NCBI RefSeq assembly: GCF_964194155.1 | Contig: NC_135901.1 | Span: 24,614,001 to 24,678,000 of the forward strand | Source of the DNA: Cetorhinus maximus | Lineage: Eukaryota | Direction: 5' to 3' | Length of the DNA stretch: 64,000 bases | Shown here: positions 45,281 to 59,146 of the stretch, in pieces | Layout of the letters: the number at the start of each line of letters is the position of its first letter | Position numbering within the stretch: position 1 is the stretch's first letter | The notes under the pieces: generated by a model | Seen by the model: only the letters and a program-made list of their open reading frames with translations | Database searches by the model: none | Told to the model about the DNA's origin: nothing | Position numbers and translations under genes: made by a program

Positions 45281-46668
45281 AGTGTCCGTGTCCTTAAGTC
45301 TTTCCAGGATGGACAATCAGTTGAAGCCTCATTCACACACAGAACACGTGTACGGCTTCTCCACACTGCGAATGGTTCTGTTTGTGTTTAGGCTGTGTAA
45401 CTGGTTAAAGCTCATTCCACAATCAGTGCACTGGAACACTCTCACTCGGGTGTGTGTGTGTGTGTCTCGGTGATTCTCCCAGTTGTTTCCAATCTTTCCC
45501 TACAGTCAGAACAGACAAACATTTCTCCTTCCACATTCAAAAGCCGATGATGTTCAGGTCTTGATGAAATGAGTCATTCTGTCAGATCCTGATGTGATTT
45601 TTGGTTTGAGTTACCGATCTGCAAATCCTCCCCTTCTAAAGCCCTGTAAAAGGAGATTACAATAATCATCACTGTCAGTCCAGGACAGAAATTCACAACT
45701 GACAATTCTAGTTCCTATGGAACATTTTTTTCTCCCTTATTCCCCCAAAGCTGTAAATCCCCATCCCACATACTCTCCCTTCTTCCAGGGCTAAAATCTA
45801 AATAAAATGTTGGATAATTCTTTCTGTATTCTTTTAACAATTCCGATAGAGACAGCAACATGTTCGATAATTCACATCATTCATGACTCGTGACAAAACA
45901 TTACGCAATCAAACATCTGAATGTGTGTTCCCTTGCTAAAATGTGGGAAAAACGCTGTCTGGACTTCAGTAGAAAACACCAGAATCCCACCTCCCATTCA
46001 CATGGAAGTAAATGCAATGGAGTGCAGGAGAAAAGATACCATTCTGCAAATAAGCTATGGGACAAATACACTACAAGACAGCCCAATCACCTACTGTATA
46101 AAACTCAAATAGGATGTAAATGATTGAGAATTTAATGAATTCAAGCTGACAACATTTAATCAAAGGACTTTAATAGAAAATGCAGTAAACCTTTCATTTC
46201 TATTCTATAGATTAAGGAGTCCTCCATTTTGTAACATATTGAAATGACTTGTATGCTGAAATCATAATTGTGCAATCCTTAGATTGATTTGTATTTTAAT
46301 ATTGTCTATAACTATGTCATGAATGATGATTACTTGTTTTATTTGTATCATCATCACAATTCAATGCCTGGCACTGTGATGACTTTTCTATAAACCAATT
46401 ATCTATCGAACCAAATCAATTATCTATTAATCTGAATCACCCTGACCGACCACACAGAATAACAGACGTTAACCTTGTGTCTAGAACTTACTGTGTTGAG
46501 ATTTAATAAGGTGGTTTCTCCACACCTCCCAGGGTTTCCATCCTTCTTTCTCTCTCTCTGTCTAACTAAGTTAAACTCAGTCTTTTGTCCCATTTTGGTT
46601 TCTGGTTTTTTTCATGCCCAATGTCACCTTGAGGGCATGTTTTACAAGGAGCCATTTCTTAATAGTTT

Positions 46669-47090
46669 CCACAGATCAGAGTCCTCATTTGATTTGAGCC
46701 CAAAGTGTAACCTCTTATTTATTGTCCCCCCCTTCCCCATCCTCTGATGTGAACCATCCTCCACTCGCTGACCCAGGATGGCGGCCATTAACCTGGGCCT
46801 GTTCCCGGGAGGGAGAAGCCCCGCAGCTGCAAGCCAGGAGCTGACAATTATTCCTCAGGGTTTGTGGATCCACAAAGTGTTTCCAAATCCTCCCCATCCA
46901 GCCGCCGGCTCCATCTCTCCCTCAGCCGGCTGCAGAAGCGACAAACAAGTGGCTCTCCGTGGTCATGAATGACGCTGCACATGCTCCAAATGTGGGGGGG
47001 GGGGGGGCACTGAGCCTGCGCACTGGTCTCCTGTGGTGTGGATAGGGGACATTCTCTACCTCAAGGAATGTTGGGTAAAAGCCCCACCAT
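46669..47090 (-). promoter_or_regulatory. Conserved first-exon block plus promoter of the 44-45 kb gene
   Basis: Block at 46669-46894. Upstream GGATAG..ACATTCT..GAATGTTGGGTAA resembles 23853-23891. Confidence 0.65.
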
Positions 47091-47608
47091 TATGATTCAC
47101 AATTCAGGTTGTGATTATTTTGTGGGAATAAGGTGGAGACTGACCATAGCGCCAATCAATAAAGTCAGGAACTCGACGTTGTGTAACCTACAAGGTTACA
47201 GACGAAGAACTGGATAGTGGGATTGGGCTGGCACAGATATGATGGGCCATATGGCCTCCTTCTGTCCTGTAAAGTTTCATTTTCAGTTTCCATCGCTGAA
47301 GATGTTGAAGACTGAGATTTAGACAGACAGGATTTTGGTCTCTCAGGGAATTGAGGATCATGGTGGAACAGGCAGGAAAGTGGAATTGATGCTGAAATCG
47401 GCCATGATCGTGTTGAATGGCGGAGCAGGCAGGACAGGTCGTCTAGTCTAATCCTGCTCCTCGCCCTTATGTTCTTACAGCAGCACTGTCTGCTTTCATC
47501 TAAACTCATTGACAGACATCCAGAATATTAAACTCCAGCCCAGTTACAGGGGTTACTAACAGCAACAGAAACAAAGGAATCATTAACAGCAGAACCCAAC
47601 CTCTGCAG

Positions 47609-48199
47609 TCACTTGTGAACTCACTGGTGTGTCAGCAAGTGAGACGATCGAGCAAATCTCTTCCCACACACAGAGCAGGTGAATGGCCTCTCCCTAGTGT
47701 GAACTTGCTGGTGTCTCAGCAGGTTTGATGACTGAGAAAACCCCTTCCCACACACACAGCAGGCGAATATCTTCTCCCCTGTGTGAACCCGTTGATGTGT
47801 CACCAGGTTGGACGATGAAGTGAATCCCTTCCCACACACGGAGCAGGTGTATGGCCTCTCCCCGGTGTGAACTCGCTGGTGTTGAATGAGGTGAGACGAC
47901 TGTCTGAATTTCTTCTCACATTGAGAACAACTGAATGGTCTCTCGTCAGTGTGAACAAGCTGGTGTTTAATTAGATCCGGTGAGATTTTAAAGCATTTCT
48001 CACAGTCAGAGCATTTAAAAGGCCTCTCGTCAGTGTGAACTCGCTGGTGTAACTGAAGGCTGGACATCAGAGTGAATCCCTTCCCACACATGGAACAGAT
48101 GTACGGTCTCTCCCCAGTGTGAGTGCGTCGATGAGCTTCCAGCTGGGATGGGCAAATGAATCCCTTCCCACAGTCCCCACATTTCCACGGTTTCTTTGT
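47609..48199 (-). pseudogene. C2H2 ZNF, 7 fingers, start codon lost and TGA in last finger
   Basis: ACA AAG instead of ATG GAG (TKKPWKC), HQ*VHK* at 47621. An internal ATG at 48091 could give 156 aa. Confidence 0.75.
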
Positions 48200-48902
48200 G
48201 GTCTCAGTGTCCTTGTATCTCTCCAGGTTGGATGATCAGTTGAAGCCTCATCCACACACAGAACACATGTACAGTCTCTCCCCGCTGTGAATGGTGTGAT
48301 GTTTTCTCAGGCTGTGTAACTGGTTAAAGCTCTATGCACAGTCAGTGCACTGGAACACTCTCACTCGGGTGTGTGTGTCTTGGTGCTTTTCCAGTTACAC
48401 TGATGCTTGAAATCTTTTCCCACAATTAGAACAAACATTTCTCTTTCAACATTCAAAGGCCAATGATATTCAGGTCCTGATGAACCGAGTGACTCTGTCA
48501 GATCTTGATGAGATGTTTGGTTTGAGTTTCCCATCTTCAAATCATCTTCTAATATCCTGTAAACAAAGATTTCAAAAGTCATCACTGTCAGTCCAGGATA
48601 GAAATTCAGAACAGACAATTCTAGTTTCTATAGAACATACTTTCTTCTCTTGTTCTCTCAAACATGTTGTGCAATTAAACTAAAAGAGCCCAAAATCAGT
48701 ATCAAAGCCCCAACTAGAGCGAAGACAACCTTCCTAACTAAACCAGAATGTTGTTTCCAGTGTATCTGAGACATTCTGTACCCTGAGGTACCCACCGGTG
48801 GTGGAAGGCATCAACCGTACGGGTGGACACCACATGCTCCCTCTCCAGAGCCACCCAGACATGGACAAGACCATGGAAGAGAGGCCAGCAGTCTCTTATG
48901 GG

Positions 48903-49003
48903 GTAGAAACAGAAAATTCTGGAAAAACTCAGCAGGTCTGGCAGCGTCTGTGGAGAAAGAAACAGTGTTAACGTTTCAAGACTGATATGACTCTGCTTCA
49001 GAG
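48903..49003 (-). mobile_element. Penelope pLTR tail fragment
   Basis: Reverse of CTGAAGCAGAGTC..GAAACGTTAAC..GCTGCCAGACCTGCTGAGTTTTTCCAG. Confidence 0.7.
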
Positions 49004-49935
49004 CCAGTGAAGTCACCTCTGCTTGATGAGAGCCAGCATACTAGGGAGATTTGTCTTTGAGAGGACTGCCATATTCCTGATTCAGTCCCTGAGATGCCCA
49101 GAATGTGCCGCAAACATTGAAGGTGAAAGTTGTTGAGCTTCCTTTCCTGATCACTGTAAATCGTCCATGTTTCACAGGCAGACAACAAGGTGCTGAGGAC
49201 ACAGGCTTCATAAACCAGCATCTTGGTGCTGAGAGGCAGCTTGATGTTATTCCATGGACGATTCGTGAGTCAGCCAAAGGTGGACCTGCTTTCCCTACAT
49301 GTGCATCGAATTCTCTATCAAGGGACAGATTGTCTGTCACTGTGGACCCAAAGTCACAGAATTAACTGACCACTTCCAGCGGGATGTTATTTACTGTGAT
49401 CAAGCACAGAGATGTGACAACCAGTGTCCAAACCACAGTTTTCTTGATCTTTACAGTAAGGGAGAACAAGTTACAGACATGGGAGAGACAGTCCATGAGT
49501 CTTTGTAGCTGAGTTTCTGTTTGAGTCACAAGCATGACATCAGTGTTGAGGAAGTCTGATTGAGACAGGCTGTGTTTTGTCTTCACTTCAGTCTGGACAG
49601 ATTGTGGAGTTTGCCATCTGACTGAGTATGCAGGGAAAATCCTTCCATATCTGCAGGGAAGGCCAAGGTCAGGAACATGGAGAAGAAAATACCAAACAAA
49701 TTGGGGACTTGGACACAGCCCTATTTCACACCATTCTTCACCCTGAAACTGTCAGAAGTGGAGCCATCAAACTGTACAGCACAGGGCATGTTGTCATGAA
49801 AGGAGTGGATGAGAATGAGGACCTTTGGTGGACAAAATTTTTGTTGCAATCTCCTCTGTTCCCTTTGTTTTTGTAAATTGTGATTATTGTTGTGTCATGC
49901 ACGTCCTGTGGAACAGAACCAACCTTCCAGCAGAG
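49004..49935 (-). mobile_element. RTE LINE fragment (duplicate of 5110-6060)
   Basis: VYEACVLSTLLSACETWTIY. Same position downstream of the paralogous ZNF. Confidence 0.85.
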
Positions 49936-50139
49936 TTCATGAATTAAGGGGAATGATCACAGATGGTGCTTTTAAAAAGGGACACTGCAGCCCCGAATAT
50001 CAGTGACACCTCCAGAATATTAAACTCCAGCCAATTATAGGGGTTGTTAACATCAGCAGAATCAAACCTGACATTTGTCAGACTATCAATTCTGGATGTG
50101 ATTAACAGCAGTGATAACAGCAGAATCCCACCCCTGCAG

Positions 50140-50814
50140 TCACTTATGAACTCGCTCATGTGTCACTGGGTTGAAGGACCGAGTGAATCTCTTCCCACAC
50201 ACGGAGCAGGTGAATGGTCTCTCTCCAGTGTGAACTCTCTGATGTGCCAGGAGAGCAGATGAACATCTGAAACTCTTTCCACAGTCCGTGCAGCTGAATG
50301 GCTTCTCCTCAGTGTAAATTTGCTGGTGCGACTCGAGGGCGGTTGATACAGTGAAACCCTTCCCACACACGGAGCAAGTGAACGGTCTCTCCCCAGTGTG
50401 AACTCGCTGGTGTGCAATGAGGGTGGATGACTGCCTGAAACTTTTTCCACAGGAAGTGCAGCTAAATGGCTTCTCCCCGTTGTGAACTCGCTGGTGTGAC
50501 CTAAGGCCGGATGAATGAGTGAATCCCTTCCCACACACAGGGCAAGTGAATGGCTTCTGCCCAGTGTGAAATCGCTGGTGTATATTAAGGTCAGATGAAG
50601 ACCTGAACCTCTTTTCACAGTGAGTGCAGCTGAATGGCCTCTCCTCAGTGTGAATTCGCTGGTGTGACATGAATTTGGTTGTCTGAGTGAATCCCTTCCC
50701 ACAGACGGAACAGATGAACGGCTTCTCCCCGGTGTGAATGCGTCGATGGATTTCCAGCTGAGATGGATAATTGAATCCTTTACCACAATCCTTACATTTC
50801 CATGGTTTTACCAT
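50140..50814 (-). CDS. C2H2 zinc-finger protein, 224 aa, 8 units (sixth has H to Y)
   Basis: Intact [13 protein letters not shown]...VTHERVHK. Closest paralog of 6621-7559. Acceptor TTTTATAG at ~51179. Confidence 0.88.
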   Translation of the reverse strand: MVKPWKCKDCGKGFNYPSQLEIHRRIHTGEKPFICSVCGKGFTQTTKFMSHQRIHTEERPFSCTHCEKRFRSSSDLNIHQRFHTGQKPFTCPVCGKGFTHSSGLRSHQRVHNGEKPFSCTSCGKSFRQSSTLIAHQRVHTGERPFTCSVCGKGFTVSTALESHQQIYTEEKPFSCTDCGKSFRCSSALLAHQRVHTGERPFTCSVCGKRFTRSFNPVTHERVHK

Positions 50815-51706
50815 GGTGCCAGAGTTCTTATGTCTCTCCAGGTTGAATAATCAGTTAAAGTCTTGTCCACACAGAAAACACGTGTACGGTCTCTCCCTGC
50901 TGTGAATGGTATGATGTTTTTTCAGGCTATGTAACTGGTGAAAGCTCTTTCCACAGTCAGTGCACTGAACACTCTCACTCGGGTGTGTGTGTGCCTCAGT
51001 GTTTTTCCAGTCACGCTGATGCTTGAAATCTTTTCCCACAGACAGAACAGACAAGCATTTCTCCTTCCACATTCAATTGCCGATGATATTCAGGTCCTGA
51101 TGAATCGAGTGACGGTTTTAAATCTTGATGTGAAGTTTGATTTGAGCTTCCCTCTGTAAATCTTCACCTTCTAATATCCTATAAAAGGAGTTCACAAAAC
51201 TCTTAACTGTCAGCACAGCATAGAAATTCAGAACAGACAATTCTAGTTTCTATGGACTATTTCTTCCTCTCGTTTCCCCAAAGCTGTAAATGCCCGTCCC
51301 ACACACTCTCCCTCCCCCGGGCTGAAATCCAAACCCATCTCACCATCTCCACCATTTCTTTCCTCCACTCCCAGTTTTCTCCCTCCCTCTCCTCTGCCTG
51401 GGTGCAGTTCTCCAGCTCCTGTCTGCAGAGTGGGAAGAAAATTAATGAGTCAATCATTTTCTCTCCTGGTCACTGGGACTGTGACTCGCTTCAGCACCAC
51501 AAAGAGCACCATTTACAGCAGGGAGAAACCATACACGTGTTCTGCATGTAGTCAAGGTTTCAACTGATCATCTCTCTTGTTAAATAACAAGTGCAATCAC
51601 ACTGGGATAAACTGTGTCAATCACAGAATGCGTCTTATTGGGGATTTGGGGCCTCCAGCGGGTGTTTCTGAATCCTCCCCGCCCACCTCCCAGGGTTTCC
51701 TTCCTT

Positions 51707-52320
51707 CCCACAGATCAGATTCCTCATTGATTTGAGCCCAAAGTGTAACCTCTTATTTACTGTCCCCCCTCCCCCATCCTCTGATGTGAACCATCCTCCA
51801 CTCGCTGACCCAGGATGGCGGCCGTTAACCTGGAGCTGTTCCCAGGAGGGAGAAGCCCCGCAGCTGCAAACCTGGAGGTGACAATTATTCCTCAGGGTTT
51901 GCGGATCCACAAAGTGTTTCCAAATCCTCCCACCCACCGCCTCGCTCTGACTCTGCTTCTCCGGGACAAACAGGCGCCTCTTTCCGCAAGGACATCAATC
52001 GCACTGCGCATGTACCAGACTCTTTGACACTGCGCCTGCGTAATGTTGGCCAGCTTCGTCAGCCACACTGCCCGACTGATTGACGGCAGTTCCAGACCAA
52101 TAGGAAGAGGGGCAGGTTTGGAGGTCCGAGAGGGAGCAGCTGCTGCTCCAACCAATCGGAGTGAATGAGGGGCGGGGCTGATCCCGGATCTACCTCATTG
52201 GCTGAAACTCTGCATCATTTTGAAAGCTGATTTGTCTCAGACTCCAGGAGAAAACTGGACCTTTCTGTTTGTGGCTTTAAACAGATGAAACCCTGTGGGT
52301 GTGGAGCAAACATTTCAACA
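51707..52320 (-). promoter_or_regulatory. Conserved first-exon block and type A promoter
   Basis: Block at 51707-51931, TGCGCATG at 52005, CCAAT at ~52097 and ~52152, GGGGCGGGGC at ~52169. Confidence 0.72.
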
Positions 52321-52492
52321 TATTTAAGTGAAATGTGGCAACATGATGAAACAATGCACAAACAATTTAAGGCCTGACTTCAAGGCATCACAGGGCAGAC
52401 AGTGAATGTCACCATTAGAACAAGGCGAGTCCTTGGTTTCAATAAATAAACCGGCAGAAGGGTTAGGACAGGTTAGGGAGAAGTTTAATACT

Positions 52493-52883
52493 TCTTGTGA
52501 CCACCCTTGTGACCACCCAAGGGTGCCACCCTTGTGAACAGCTCCGGTGAGAGATAGTATACAATGCAGGACAATATCCTTGGATAATTGCAGCCACTAT
52601 TTTCCTCCTGATATTACAGATGATGTTAATTCTCCTTATATTGATGTTCTGCTTGATGAAGATAATTATTAGATAGGTTACAAGGAGAAAGAATATCATG
52701 GAAATGTTTGCACTGACAAAGAAATAATCTTCGAAGTTACAAAATGAAGAATATATTTCAGCCCCGAGGTGGAGAATGTAGACAGAGAGAAGGGTCATGA
52801 GGACTCGAAACGTCAACTGTTTTCTTCTCCACCGATGCTGCCAGACCTGCTGAGTTTTTCCAGGTAATTCTGTTCTTGTTTTT
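52493..52883 (+). mobile_element. Composite insertion: 269 bp of copied local DNA plus Penelope tail
   Basis: 52524-52792 matches 54394-54662 (2 mismatches). Tail at 52789-52883. TSD GAAG(T/C)TTAATACT at 52480-52492 and 52884-52896. Confidence 0.8.
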
Positions 52884-53069
52884 GAAGCTTAATACTGTTA
52901 TCATTCGGAACAACACAGATTATAAAGAAAATACTGATCTCAAAGACAATGTCTTGTACTATGTTGTGCTGAATCAGGTTTAAAGGGCTAAATGATGTAC
53001 GTTTTCTATCTTGAAAAATTATTTTAAAATCTGGAACTTAGATAGTGATTAGGTGGGCATGTTTGGATC

Positions 53070-53862
53070 AGTGACGAAGTGCCACATCAAAGGTTAATGC
53101 AGAAAATAAAAGCTCATGGTGCAGGAGGTAATATATTGGTATGGATAGAAGATTGGCTGGCTAACTGGAAGCAGAGAGTTGGCATAAATGGGTCTTTTTC
53201 CGGTTGGCAGGATGTGATAACTGGTGTGCCACAGGGATCAGCGCTGGAGTCTCAACTTTTTACAAGTTATATAAATGACTTGGATGAAGGGACCGTCGGA
53301 ATGGTTGCTAAATTTGCTGATGACACAAAGGTAGGTAGGAAAGGAAATTGTGAAGAGGATGTAAGAAGGCAACAAAGGACATTGATGGGTTAAGTGAGTG
53401 GGCAAAGATCTGGCAAATGGAGTATGACATGGGCAAATGTCAAATCGTTCGTTTTGGCAGGAAGAATAAAAAAAGCATATTATCTAAAATGGTGAGAGAT
53501 TGAGCAGCTCTAAAATTCTGCGGGATCTGATGTCCCAGTGCATGAATCACAAAAGGTTAGTATGCAGGTAATTAGGAAAGCTAATAGAATGTTAAGACAG
53601 AGATGAGGAGAATTTTTTTCCCTCAGGGGGTTGTGGGTCTTTGGAACTCTCTTCCTCAAAAGGCAGTGAAAGCAGAGTCTTTGAATATTTTTAAGGCAGA
53701 GCTAGATAGATTCTTGATGAACAATGGGGTGAAAGGTTATCGGGAGTAGGCAGGAATGTGGAGTTGAGGCTACAATCAGATCAGCCATGATCTTATTAAA
53801 TGGCGGAGCAGGCTCGATGGGCCGAGTGGCCTACTTCTGCTCCTAATTCATATGCTCGTATG
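53070..53862 (+). mobile_element. CR1 RT fragment plus tail (internally deleted)
   Basis: WIEDWLANWKQRVGING..GVPQGS..YINDLD..KFADDTK. Confidence 0.88.
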
Positions 53863-54699
53863 TACTCCAGGAAGCCTTAAAATCAGATTGACAATATTTC
53901 AGAACTGATTCCCTATGACAGCAGCAATCTCATTGCTCTCTGTTGGTATGATCGATTGAAGTATTTGAAATGGAGAACATGGACATATTGATGGATGACG
54001 TACACAAGGAATTTGTGAACTGAGGATAATAGTGAAGGGAAAGGAAGGACCTGGAAAGCAGTAGACTCTTCGTGTTGTTCCAGGAGAAGTGGGGTCTGCG
54101 TGTGTATATGTGAGGTTTAAGCAGCAGTCACATACACAGACACACACACTCAAAGACATACATGGGGACACTTCCTGTCTGATCAGGTGGACAACATTTT
54201 GCCTCACAACAACCAACCTGAACAATACTGGGGATAAGAGCCACAATGTTTCAGAAATTCAAGTGAACTTTACCCTTCAGAGACTGCGAGCAGTTTTGGC
54301 TGTCCAATTCCACCGCTTTCTCTGAACCTTAAATCAATATTGAACAACATCTGGCAGAGAAGCAGCAAAAAAGAAAAACATTGAGAGCTCTATTGCCACC
54401 CTTGTGAACAGCTCCGGTGAGAGATAGTATACAATGCAGGACAATATCCTTGGATAATTGCAGCCACTATTTTCCTCCTGATATTACAGATGATGTTAAT
54501 TCTCCTTATATTGATGTTCTGCTTGATGAAGATAATTCTTAGATAGGTTACAAGGAGAAAGAATATCATGGAAATGTTTGCACTGACAAAGAAATAATCT
54601 TCGAAGCTACAAAATGAAGAATATATTTCAGCCCCGAGGTGGAGAATGTAGACAGAGAGAAGCCAGATATGCAAGACATAAATTTGAACAGGTGCATAC

Positions 54700-55030
54700 T
54701 GGAACGATGTTTCCACTTGTGGGAGGGACTAGAACCAGGGTATACAGTTTAAGAATAAGAGACCTCCATTTAAGACTGAGTTGAGGAGAAAGTTTTTCTC
54801 TTGAAGGGTTGCTGGAATGTGGAATTCTGTTCCCCAGAAAGCAGTGGGGGTTGGGTCATTGAATTTATTCAAGGCAGTGTTAGACAGATTTTTGATAGAC
54901 AAGGGAGTCAAGGGTTATGGAGGACACATGGCAAAGTGGAGTTGAGACACAACCAGCTCAGCCATGATCTTATTAAATGGTGGAGCAGGCTTGAAGGGCT
55001 GAATGGTCTACTCCTAAGTCCTATGTTCAT
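54700..55030 (+). mobile_element. CR1 3' tail
   Basis: GGACTAGAACCAGGG..TTTAAGACTGAG..CAGCCATGATCTTATTAAATGG. Confidence 0.75.
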
Positions 55031-55979
55031 AAATAATTCTAAAAACTGTATAAAGCATTTATGTATAATAAAGGCGCTTGCACACATTGAAACTAAAGAT
55101 CTGCAATAGAGGCTGTTCCTAGCAAGTCATATTTAAGAGTAGAACCAAAGGACACGAATTGAAGGTGACTGAAAAAAGAAGCAATTGTGAAATGAGGAAA
55201 AGGTTTCTATGTTGCAAGTGGGATCTGGAATGCACTGCCTGAGAATGTGGTAGAGGCAGATTCAATTGATATCTTCCAAAGAGAATTGGACAATTATCTG
55301 AAGTGGAAAAAAAGGCAGGGATATGTGCCAAAGATGGCGGGAGTGGGACTAGGTGAGTAACTCATGCAGAGAGCTGACACAGACACGATTTTTCGAATGC
55401 CTTCCTTCTGTGCTGCAATCATAGCATGACACTAGGATATAAGGGAAATGCAGTGCACCAATGCATGAGAGGCTGATTGTTCCTTGTGCCCCGGTGCAGG
55501 AGTGGCTACGTTTTGGGCAGTATGACGTGAGCATACAGAAAAAAGTCTGAGGCCAATGACAAGATTCTTGGGGGTAAAAGAATGCTGGAGGGAGTGGGCT
55601 TGAGGGAGGGAGGGAGTGGGAGTGGAAGCTGCAGGCTGCACGAACTTCGAATGTGACCCCAGTCGCAATAATAAGCAGTAAACAAATTTAGCTGATGAAA
55701 TGAGATGGTTTTGCATGTTGGAGTGCCTGTAAATACTCGCTGTAAAGGATGCGGACTCTCTGAAGGCTCCACATCACCGGCTGCTCGTGTGTAACTGATA
55801 TCTTTTCAGTGTAATGTGTATTTAATAAAGTGTTATAACCCCTCATTGTGCTTCGTGTCCAGTATCCTCCTCACCCATGGATCTTCTATTTTGTCTACTG
55901 CGAAAAAATCTTCCTGATCACTGCTCATCCCTATGGCGGCTTGTTTCCAGAACACCCCGTGCTGCAGAAAGTCCCCTAT

Positions 55980-56320
55980 CAATGACTATTGGAGTCCAGT
56001 GCGCAGGTGCAGTGTGGGTGTGCGCTCTGAGCATGCTCAGTGTCAGTCATGGTGACAGATTGAGGAGGAGCGGACGGTTCGGGAGGTGGGAGGAGATTGT
56101 GAGTACAGGGTAGGAATGGAAACCGCGGCTGGACTCGGAACTGGATCAACTTCTGGGGTAGGCCCCAGGTCCCGTGTTTACCCCACGGTGACAGGCCCGG
56201 GGGGAGGGAGCGATGGAGCCGGCGGCTGGACGGGGAGGATTTGGAAACACTTTGTGGATCCGCAAACCCTGAGGAATAATTGTCAGCTCCTGGTTTGCAG
56301 CTGCGGGGCTTCTCCCGGAG
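55980..56320 (+). promoter_or_regulatory. Type B promoter joined to partial conserved first-exon block
   Basis: 55980-56200 is the inverse of 30920-31137. 56233-56316 matches the block. Confidence 0.7.
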
Positions 56321-56424
56321 TTCAGAAGAATGAGGGAGGATCTCATAGAAACCCATGGAGGTGGGAGTGCGTGGAATGTGGATTTACAGTTTTGATGAAC
56401 AATATGAAAATATATTCTATCAGG

Positions 56425-56770
56425 GAAATGCGATGGCGCAGTGGTAATGTCACTGGACTAGTAATCCAGAGGTTCAAATCCCATAAATCTGGAATTAAAA
56501 ACTAGTCTCAGTAATGGTGACTATGAAACTACCATTGATTGGTGAACCAGATGGGTTTTTACAACAATGTCCTTTAGGAAATCTGTTCTTACCTGGTCTG
56601 ATCTACATGACTCCAGAGCCACAGCAATGTGGTTGCCTTTTAAATGCCCTCTGAAATGCAAGCTACTCAGCTACTGAGTAAGCTAGCAAGCCACTCAGTT
56701 CAAGGGTAATCAGGGATGGGCAACAAATGCTGGCAACATAGTGACGCCAACATCCAGAGAAAGAATAATT
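56425..56770 (+). mobile_element. tRNA-derived SINE in ZNF intron
   Basis: GATGGCGCAGTGGTAATGTCACTGGACTAG, GGTTCAAATCCC, tail. Confidence 0.8.
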
Positions 56771-57152
56771 TAAAAACTGGAATTGTCTATTCTGAATTTC
56801 TACACCCTGTACTTACAACGATAAATTTTGTAAACTCTTTTTGCATGTATTAGAAGGGAAGGATTTGTAGATGGGAAACTCTAAATAATCGTCTTGGTTT
56901 GAGTCACTTGATTATTCTGGACCTGAATATCATGAACCTTTGAATGTGGAAGAAGAAATGTTTGTCTGTTCTGTACGTGGAAAAGATTTCAAACATCGGT
57001 GTGTGACTGCAAAAGCACCGAGACACACACACCCAAGTGAGTGTGTTCTAGTGAACTGACTAGGGAAAGATCTTTAACCAGTTACACAGCCTGAAAAAAA
57101 TCACACCATTCACAGTGGGGAGAAACCGTACACATGTTCTGTGTGAGGATGA

Positions 57153-57875
<723 letters not shown>

Positions 57876-57934
57876 CTGCAGGGGTTGGATTCTGTTGTTA
57901 TTGCTGCTGTTAATCACATCCAGGATTGATAGTA

Positions 57935-58500
57935 TTATGGAATATTGTGCGCAGTTTTGGTCTCCTTACCTAAGAAAGGATATACTTGTCATAGAGGGAG
58001 TGCAGCGAAGGTTCACCAGACTGATTCCTGGGATTGCAGGATTGTCATGTGAGGAGAGATTGGGCTGACTAGTCCTGTATTCACTGGCATTTAAAAGAAT
58101 GAGAGGGGATCTGTTTGAAAGATATAAAATTCTTACAGAGTTGAACAGACTGGATGCAGGAATGATGTTTCCTCTGGCTGGGATGGGGAGGGGGGTGGTG
58201 TCCTGAACAAGGGATCTGTCTCAGGATACTGGGTAAAACGTTTAGGACTGAGATGAGGATAAACTTCTTCACTCAAAGGGTGGCGAACCTGTGGAATTCT
58301 CTGCCACAGAAGACTGGAGGCCGAGTTAAAGAATATATTTAAGAAGGAAATAGATCAGTTTCTGGACTCTGAAGGTATCGGGGGAATGCCGAGAGATTGG
58401 GAGGATGGCGTTGAGATAGAGGATCAGCCATGATCATACTGAATGGCAGAGCAGGTTCAAGGGCCGAATGACCTACTACTGCTCCTATTTTCTTTGTTTC
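57935..58500 (+). mobile_element. CR1 3' fragment in ZNF 3' UTR
   Basis: EYCAQFWSPYLRKDILVIEGVQRRFTRLIPG followed by the tail. Confidence 0.88.
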
Positions 58501-59146
58501 TTTCTCAGGTTTGTTCCTGCTTATGTTAACAACCCCGAGAACTGGATGGAGTCTGATATTCCTGAGATGTCACTGATTTTCGCAGCTGCAGTGTCCCTTT
58601 TTAAAAGCCCCATCTGTGATCTTTCCCCTCTCAACTGGAACTCATTTACAATAAAGTAATGAACTTTCACTTCAATCCCAAATTGGTCCTTGGTGCAAAA
58701 TCTACAATTCAGTGTCTGAAAGGTTCCACTGATTAACATCTCCAATTAGAAAGTGCTGATTAACCCTTGCTGACAATTCTTACTGACTTCCACATTCTTC
58801 ACAGTGACACCTCCGTTAAGAAATTAAATTATCAAAGAATCAAAATATATTTAAAATATAAAATATTTTTCAGGCACACCAATAAAAGCTTCATCGATCA
58901 ACATTGATATCGATGAAGCTTGGAAGTTGCTGAGTTCAATCATTTCTGACATAGGGGCAGCAAAATTTGGTAAAGGTGGAACCCACAACAACGACTATTT
59001 TGAGAACTAATCAGCAGACATGACAACTATTATATAAGTAAAAAGCAAAACCTACCTGATGCACAACATAGACCCAACAGCTAGAACCCTCCGTAACTTG
59101 AATGTAGGCAAGACAGTCGTGTAAAAGACAGGCAGATGCTGTTCAA

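Noticed and set aside
52463-52816. Duplicated hydrophobic ORF (also 54390-54716)
   Set aside because: AT-rich spacer copied by the insertion event, with no homology or gene structure.
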